Source of the DNA: Sphingobacteriales bacterium
GTDB lineage: Bacteria; Bacteroidota; Bacteroidia; Chitinophagales; JADIYW01
Length of the DNA stretch: 64,000 bases
Direction: 5' to 3'
Assembly: GCA_016699615.1 (NCBI GenBank)
Contig: CP064984.1
Location: forward strand, 590,185-654,184
A model generated the notes under the pieces. It saw only the letters and a program-made list of their open reading frames with translations. It was not told the DNA's origin and ran no database searches. Shown piece after piece: positions 60,260 through 64,000 of this stretch; positions within the stretch are counted from its first letter, which is position 1; each line of letters starts with the position of its first letter. The translations under genes and the position numbers were made by a program.

Positions 60260-61907
60260 GAGTTAGTAATTCGTTTTTAAGTATAAGATAGCCATTTTTG
60301 TCTTTTAATTGTATTTTTTGCCAACCTAAATTTTGGTAGTTATTCATGAAAAAATGAAACTGCGAATCTGTTTGGTGCTGTTTGGCATCTATGATTGCAT
60401 CAGAGACATACAACATATCAATATTTTGTTGTACGATAATTGAATCGTAAAATGGTTTTTTCATAAAATATGGATATCCTTTAAAATTTTTCCCTAAGTA
60501 GACTGGAAGAATTTCAAAAGAAAGAAAATTAGTTATGCTATCAATTTTTAGATTTCTAATTGTTTGAATGTAAGGTAAATAATTTGGTTTAGTGTATGTA
60601 TAAAAATTATTGTATCTCTTGTATTTTGAAACATGTGGTGTGCACGCAAATACAATGACGATAGCTATTATAGCATAAATTAAATTTATATTTTTTTGTG
60701 TTTGAAATAAATCTTTAAATGGTGAAAGCAGTATGTAAATTAGATAGATAATAAATACAACTTGCATAATATAATAATGCTCACGTGGATAGATAACAAA
60801 CGATGCCAACAATGATGGTAATGCAAAAACTGCTGCGAAATACAAAAACAAGTATTCATCAATTATCTTTTGTTTTAATGCTTGAATATATTTTTTCGTT
60901 CCAAGTTTTATTACCAATAAAACAAATACAACAACAAATAACACATATTTGAATATAAAATTAAATTTGAATATTGATTTTGGCAAAAATAATTCTGTCG
61001 TAAAATCTAAAGTTTGTTGTAAATAATGTTTTACATTATATAACACATGTTTTGTTGTTTCTTTTGGATTGGCTTTGTACATGTCTTGCAAATTCTTGCT
61101 TTCTCCAAATTGCTTTTTAAATGTTTCTTCCCAATTTATAAATTCTTTTCGTTCTTCGTTATTCCATCTTATAGTATTGAATTTGTAATGCTGTCCAAGA
61201 GCAAAATATAGTCGTCCTGTATTTTGTGTTGGCGATTTCCAAATTAAAAACATACCTAGAAAAACGAGCGCAAATATTCCTAAAATAGATTTTTCGAGGA
61301 AAGAGATATTGATATGTAGTTCTTGTTTTTTTACTTTTTTATAAATAACAAGCACAAGCAACAACAATAAAATTAGATAACTTGCTACATTTAATTCTGG
61401 TCGCACATAGCTCAATATTTTTAGAAAGAAAAAAGCAAATGCTAAAAAAACAATTGGCTTCTGTTTGTATCTGTATGTAAATATTAGAAATACAAAACAG
61501 GCAAAAATACTATAATGTGCAGTACGTGCCCACCAATCGAATGCAGCAATATAGGTAGATATAAATAGTAACCAACTAGATAATAGTGCAACAACAAACG
61601 ATACTTTTCTGCTTCTTAGAAAATAAAAAATAGCAACTGCTGGCAACCATGTTAGTGTGATTATAAAAAAATAATGTAGCTGAATAAAATCTGGAACAAT
61701 CTGAAATACTATTTTATAACTTAATATGTATAATGGTCCATATCCACCTGGATATATTAATGGATTAAAGTTTAGCAATTCCATGTATCCAGTTTCATCT
61801 ACCATAGAAATATCTAGAAACTGAGTGTACTTTCTAAACATTAAATAAAGAAATACTAAAGATATTGGAAAGTATAGCAGGTTTTTTACTTTTGAATTCA
61901 ACTTCAT
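60246..61907 (-). CDS. polytopic membrane protein of unknown function (same architecture as downstream gene)
   Basis: 553 aa with ~12 TM helices and a soluble C-terminal domain. It overlaps the downstream gene by 14 nt. Confidence 0.45.
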   Translation of the reverse strand: MKLNSKVKNLLYFPISLVFLYLMFRKYTQFLDISMVDETGYMELLNFNPLIYPGGYGPLYILSYKIVFQIVPDFIQLHYFFIITLTWLPAVAIFYFLRSRKVSFVVALLSSWLLFISTYIAAFDWWARTAHYSIFACFVFLIFTYRYKQKPIVFLAFAFFFLKILSYVRPELNVASYLILLLLLVLVIYKKVKKQELHINISFLEKSILGIFALVFLGMFLIWKSPTQNTGRLYFALGQHYKFNTIRWNNEERKEFINWEETFKKQFGESKNLQDMYKANPKETTKHVLYNVKHYLQQTLDFTTELFLPKSIFKFNFIFKYVLFVVVFVLLVIKLGTKKYIQALKQKIIDEYLFLYFAAVFALPSLLASFVIYPREHYYIMQVVFIIYLIYILLSPFKDLFQTQKNINLIYAIIAIVIVFACTPHVSKYKRYNNFYTYTKPNYLPYIQTIRNLKIDSITNFLSFEILPVYLGKNFKGYPYFMKKPFYDSIIVQQNIDMLYVSDAIIDAKQHQTDSQFHFFMNNYQNLGWQKIQLKDKNGYLILKNELLTHDSK

Positions 61908-61949
61908 TTATCAAAATTACAAAGAGCAGTAAAGATATGTAAAATCTAT

Positions 61950-63632
61950 CTATTTCTGCAAGATAATCTTTCTTGTATGTATCGTGTTATTATATTTCAT
62001 TTTTATAAAATATATTCCATTGTCAAAATTATTTATAAATATGCAATATTTATATTGGTCTATTTTATTTATTTTTATTTCAATATTTCTACCATCTAAA
62101 GTATACATTTCTATATCTTTTATATTTATTAATTCTTTCGATTCTAAAAATAAATTATCCTTAGTTGGATTTGGATACACAACAATATCTAAATAAAAAT
62201 GATTGTCTATTATACTTGTGATAGTAGTGTCAGTTATTGTTGTATCATTAATTGTTGTATCATTTACAGTAGTATCAATTGGAAAAACAATAATACTATC
62301 TATATTTTGTGGTGTACATGTGATATTTGAATTACAATTCTTTAGAATCTGAGGAAAAAAATCATTGCAAGATGCTGGTATAATATCATTCCAAGGTTTT
62401 GTATTTAGACTTAAAACTGGTATTTCGGAACATAATTTATTGTTAGAACTTGATATATCATCAAATAAAGCTCCATCGTTTATGTATCTATTAAAATAAT
62501 TTGAGTTGCAGTAACTTAAGCATCCATTGTGTGGTGTGATAATTTTATGTACTTTATTTTTATATGTATTATAAATTGAGTTATAAATAAATCTCATCAA
62601 ATCTGGAATGTGCAATGGTAGAATACCAGAATTAATATTTAGGTTAGCTAAATCATTTGTTAGTAGCACGCTATGACCAACACCTCTTGCTTCAATAAAA
62701 TAATAGCTATTTGGTTTATATAAACCAATACTGTCTAATCTTTCTACAATGGCAGCACTTCCAAATGATTTTGTTTGATAAGGTTCGCACAAAAGTGGTG
62801 CGTTATAGTATGGTACTAAATAATCATGTGTACCATGATATAAAAACAATGGTTTATTTTCGTCACAATTAATAAAATTCAAGTCAGTAATTCCGCCCAT
62901 ATATGCAAAAGCACTTTTTATGTTTGAGTTATATTTAGATATATCAATATAGTTTGTATCTGTCAAAAAAATGGTTGAGAAGTATGGCATATAATCATGC
63001 TTTGATGCATATATTTTAGATAATGTGGTGCCTCCACCTAAACTCAATCCACCTAAAATAATTTTGGAAGTATCTATTTTAAATCTTGTGCTATTATTTA
63101 TTAAAAACTTTAATGCCAATGTAACATCCATTGTATTAGAAAATAATTCTCTATTACTATATCTTGAGTTATACAAAGGTCCATTTACACTATCCGCAGT
63201 TTTTGATATATCTAAATTTGTAAAAACATTTACCCAACTACTTTTATATCTTGCATCAAATCTATAATCGATATTTGCAACTACAAATCCTTTTTTTACA
63301 AATTCATCCGCAAGGTATTTATATATTGGTGCAGACTTAGAAGATTTTGCACCATGTGCAATAATAATTAAAGGAAATGTTTTATTTGTTACATCATTTT
63401 CTATGCTGTCTGGAATATATATATCCATTCTTGGAGATACATTTGTATGAGTATATGGCATTAAGATATTTGGTATTAAAAACATTCCATCATTAGGATT
63501 TAGAATGGGTACATGCTGAGCATAAATGGTATCTAATATTTTCTTGTAGGTTCTAAAAGTACACAACTGTTGAGCATCTATTGTATTTATCATTATTGTA
63601 AATAACAACACAATAGCAATTTTATATTTCAT
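61950..63632 (-). CDS. secreted alpha/beta-hydrolase (esterase/lipase-like) with T9SS C-terminal sorting domain
   Basis: Signal peptide, the LIIIAHGAKSS and GGLSLGGG (GxSxG) motifs, a T/N/D-rich linker, and a C-terminal VYPNPTKDNLFL...GIYFIKM CTD. Confidence 0.7.
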   Translation of the reverse strand: MKYKIAIVLLFTIMINTIDAQQLCTFRTYKKILDTIYAQHVPILNPNDGMFLIPNILMPYTHTNVSPRMDIYIPDSIENDVTNKTFPLIIIAHGAKSSKSAPIYKYLADEFVKKGFVVANIDYRFDARYKSSWVNVFTNLDISKTADSVNGPLYNSRYSNRELFSNTMDVTLALKFLINNSTRFKIDTSKIILGGLSLGGGTTLSKIYASKHDYMPYFSTIFLTDTNYIDISKYNSNIKSAFAYMGGITDLNFINCDENKPLFLYHGTHDYLVPYYNAPLLCEPYQTKSFGSAAIVERLDSIGLYKPNSYYFIEARGVGHSVLLTNDLANLNINSGILPLHIPDLMRFIYNSIYNTYKNKVHKIITPHNGCLSYCNSNYFNRYINDGALFDDISSSNNKLCSEIPVLSLNTKPWNDIIPASCNDFFPQILKNCNSNITCTPQNIDSIIVFPIDTTVNDTTINDTTITDTTITSIIDNHFYLDIVVYPNPTKDNLFLESKELINIKDIEMYTLDGRNIEIKINKIDQYKYCIFINNFDNGIYFIKMKYNNTIHTRKIILQK

Positions 63633-63783
63633 TCTTAAAAATTTATAATTTTATAATATCTATTGAGTACAATATTATAATCAAATAAATTAAAAATGAA
63701 TTATAAATAATTCTATTTGTCAATAAAAAAAGTCATAAAAATGTTTAAATATTAAGAACATACTTAAAATAATTAATTGATAT

Positions 63784-63856
63784 TATCAATAAAATATGGA
63801 AATTATTAAATTATTTCAAGAATAAAAAAAGGCGTTTGTCAATAAAATATAGAAAT
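63784..63856. repeat. 20-bp direct repeat pair in an AT-rich intergenic region
   Basis: tatcaataaaatatggaaat (63784..63803) and tgtcaataaaatatagaaat (63837..63856) match at 18/20 positions. A third, partial copy tttgtcaataaaaaa lies at 63716..63730. Confidence 0.5.
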
Positions 63857-64000
63857 ATCAAGGTAGAAAATAAATAAAACAATTGATAATAAATAGAAAA
63901 ATAGTCTATTTATCACGCTTTGCTTTAAGCATCAAAAAGTACATTTCAAATTTATAGAAACTCAATTTTGAAAAATAATAAGTAAGTGAGTAGCATATTG

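Noticed and set aside
62210-62280. A short tandem DNA repeat (attgttgtatcat x2 plus a degenerate copy) encoding TTVNDTTINDTTITDTTIT in the T9SS esterase.
   Set aside because: It is a T/N/D-rich linker between the catalytic domain and the CTD, and such low-complexity spacers are common in T9SS cargo. It may vary in length but shows no sign of a separate functional element.

Overview
This is a visibly AT-rich chromosomal segment (GC not computed). Its gene content points to a Bacteroidota, Flavobacteriia-like organism: T9SS C-terminal sorting domains, many lipoproteins, and Alternative Complex III beside an aa3-type oxidase. I support about 60 protein-coding genes and several strong Rho-independent terminators. 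I recognised no rRNA, tRNA, CRISPR array, transposase, integrase or phage genes.

The core of the window is a contiguous 16-kb minus-strand respiratory supercluster (32851..48840): actABCDEF, coxB, ctaD, ctaB, two coxIII-type genes, coxIV, SCO, DUF420 and a small CPMC membrane protein. The rest is mostly housekeeping: kdsB, rocD, gcvH, dnaX, mtaB, rsmG, glpK, an ALDH plus GMC oxidoreductase pair, an M61 peptidase and others.

The accessory-looking part is a block of plus-strand genes at about 6.3-12.7 kb. It holds a LuxR regulator, secreted proteins and lipoproteins, a signal-less trypsin-like protease with a 150-aa partner, and a helical-repeat protein. It sits inside minus-strand flanks.

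Most notable observations:
1. dnaX is written in two frames joined at an A10 tract exactly at the gamma/tau boundary, making it a candidate for programmed slippage.
2. Six +/-1 indels at homopolymers and one in-frame TGA interrupt otherwise conserved genes, including ctaD. This means either an error-prone assembly or early gene decay.
3. Cytochrome oxidase subunit II carries a C-terminal OmpA-like peptidoglycan-binding domain.
4. The terminator-bracketed cytoplasmic protease plus unknown partner is a candidate novel two-gene module.
5. A GNAT-like gene is tightly coupled to a small basic protein gene.

All family calls come from motif recognition by eye. No database search was run.
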